Positions 50,230 to 51,144 of a DNA stretch of 51,144 nucleotides are shown here, piece after piece. The stretch is from assembly GCA_031459535.1 (NCBI GenBank), contig JAVKIJ010000012.1, forward strand, positions 1 through 51,144, read 5' to 3'. The notes beneath the pieces were generated by a model, which saw nothing but the letters and a program-made list of their open reading frames with translations, did no database searches and was not told the origin of the DNA. Within the stretch, counting starts at the first letter, position 1; each line of letters opens with the position of its first letter. Both the position numbers and the translations under genes were made by a program. This DNA is from Candidatus Fervidifonticultor quintus (GTDB lineage Bacteria; Sysuimicrobiota; Sysuimicrobiia; Sysuimicrobiales; Humicultoraceae).

Positions 50230-50314
50230 AAAACCACGGCTGAGAACGGCACCAATGCAGGATTTCACTCGCAGAGCGTGGGCACTCGAGCCCGCGGCAG
50301 GACGGGAGGACAGA

Positions 50315-51144
50315 ATGAGGCGTCGTCTGACCACTGGTCTTGGGCTTGCCATCGTCGGCGCCGGGCGCGTAGGGCTGTTTCGCGGTAGCGTGGCCTCGCG
50401 TCACCCGGCCGTGGGGTGGATCGGCATTGCCGAGAAGAACCCCGATCGTGGCCGCGCTGTCGCCGAAAAGATCGGCGCCGATTTCGTTACTACCGACCAT
50501 CGGGAGCTCCTCAAGCGGTCCGAGGTTACCTGCGCCATCATCGCGACCGATGAGCACCTGCACGTGGATCCGGCCATGGCTGCGGTTGAACGCGGCCTAC
50601 CCATGCTGATCGAGAAGCCGCTGGCGACCACCCTGGCCGATTCCGCACGCGTCCTCCGGGCGATCGAAGACGCCCGTCTCGACGTGGTCGTGGGGTACAC
50701 CCAGCGCTTTCGCCGCCGATGGCTCGCGGCGAAGGAGAAGTGCCGCAGCGGCGCCCTCGGCGACGTCACCCTGGTCACCTCGCGTGCCTTCATGAACCGC
50801 CTCGTGGCCATCGACAACTACAAGCGCACCGACGATCCCACGACCATCTCGCCCATGGTCATCTCCGGGACGCACGCCCTGGACATCTGCCTGTGGTGCC
50901 TCGAGGGCAAGACCGCGACCGAGGTCTACGCGCGCTCCATCGACAAGGTGCTCGGCCCGCTCTACCAGGGCATCGACGCCACCGCCGGTATGGTCATGTT
51001 CGACGACGGGACCGTGCTCCACTCGAGCATTTCGTGGGCACTCCCGGTGACCTGGCCGGCCGCGGTCTACAGCCTGGAGATCGGCATCGTCGGCACGACC
51101 GGCGTGCTCACCATTGATGACACCCATCGCGACATAGTGCTGGC
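50315..51144 (+). CDS. Gfo/Idh/MocA family NAD(P)-dependent oxidoreductase (partial, runs off the window)
   Basis: Not in the ORF track because it has no stop in the window. ATG 50315 after GGGAGGA reads MRRRLTTGLGLAIVGAGRVG...IEKPLA...VGYTQRF...HALD. Confidence 0.88.
   Translation, partial: MRRRLTTGLGLAIVGAGRVGLFRGSVASRHPAVGWIGIAEKNPDRGRAVAEKIGADFVTTDHRELLKRSEVTCAIIATDEHLHVDPAMAAVERGLPMLIEKPLATTLADSARVLRAIEDARLDVVVGYTQRFRRRWLAAKEKCRSGALGDVTLVTSRAFMNRLVAIDNYKRTDDPTTISPMVISGTHALDICLWCLEGKTATEVYARSIDKVLGPLYQGIDATAGMVMFDDGTVLHSSISWALPVTWPAAVYSLEIGIVGTTGVLTIDDTHRDIVL

Overview
This window is a GC-rich (roughly 70%) bacterial chromosome segment made almost entirely of housekeeping genes, mostly on the minus strand. 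The gene order is Firmicutes/Terrabacteria-like; an Armatimonadota- or Chloroflexota-type host is plausible but cannot be proven from this window. Reading the minus strand from right to left: secD-secF-lapA-like-recJ(fusion)-rel-two PLP enzymes-dtd-histidine phosphatase; T-box(His)-hisS-aspS-6S RNA; rarA; mnmA-ytxH-like-cca-small membrane ORF; orphan parA with a Cys-rich partner; asnS; rimP leader-rimP-nusA-ylxR-infB-ylxP-rbfA-nrnA-truB-ribF; rpsO leader-rpsO-pnp-M16 peptidase-dapB-asd-dapA; uppP-ftsK; and a BMP-family nucleoside ABC transporter. Plus-strand genes are a HAD hydrolase, a frameshifted FBP aldolase/phosphatase, a radical SAM protein, an NTP-transferase, DUF72 and a partial Gfo/Idh/MocA oxidoreductase. 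I found no mobile elements, tRNA/rRNA genes or CRISPR arrays. Four observations stand out. (1) An orphan ParA is coupled to a small protein with a ParB-like N-terminal peptide, a disordered linker and a 5-Cys CW-type domain, a candidate new ParA cargo-positioning system. (2) RecJ is fused to a HIRAN domain and a catalytically dead SF2 helicase. (3) ylxP, directly after infB, has an apparent ATC start codon. (4) There are several cis-regulatory RNAs, plus a terminator-like hairpin overlapping the secD start site. All calls come from reading motifs by eye; no database searches were run.
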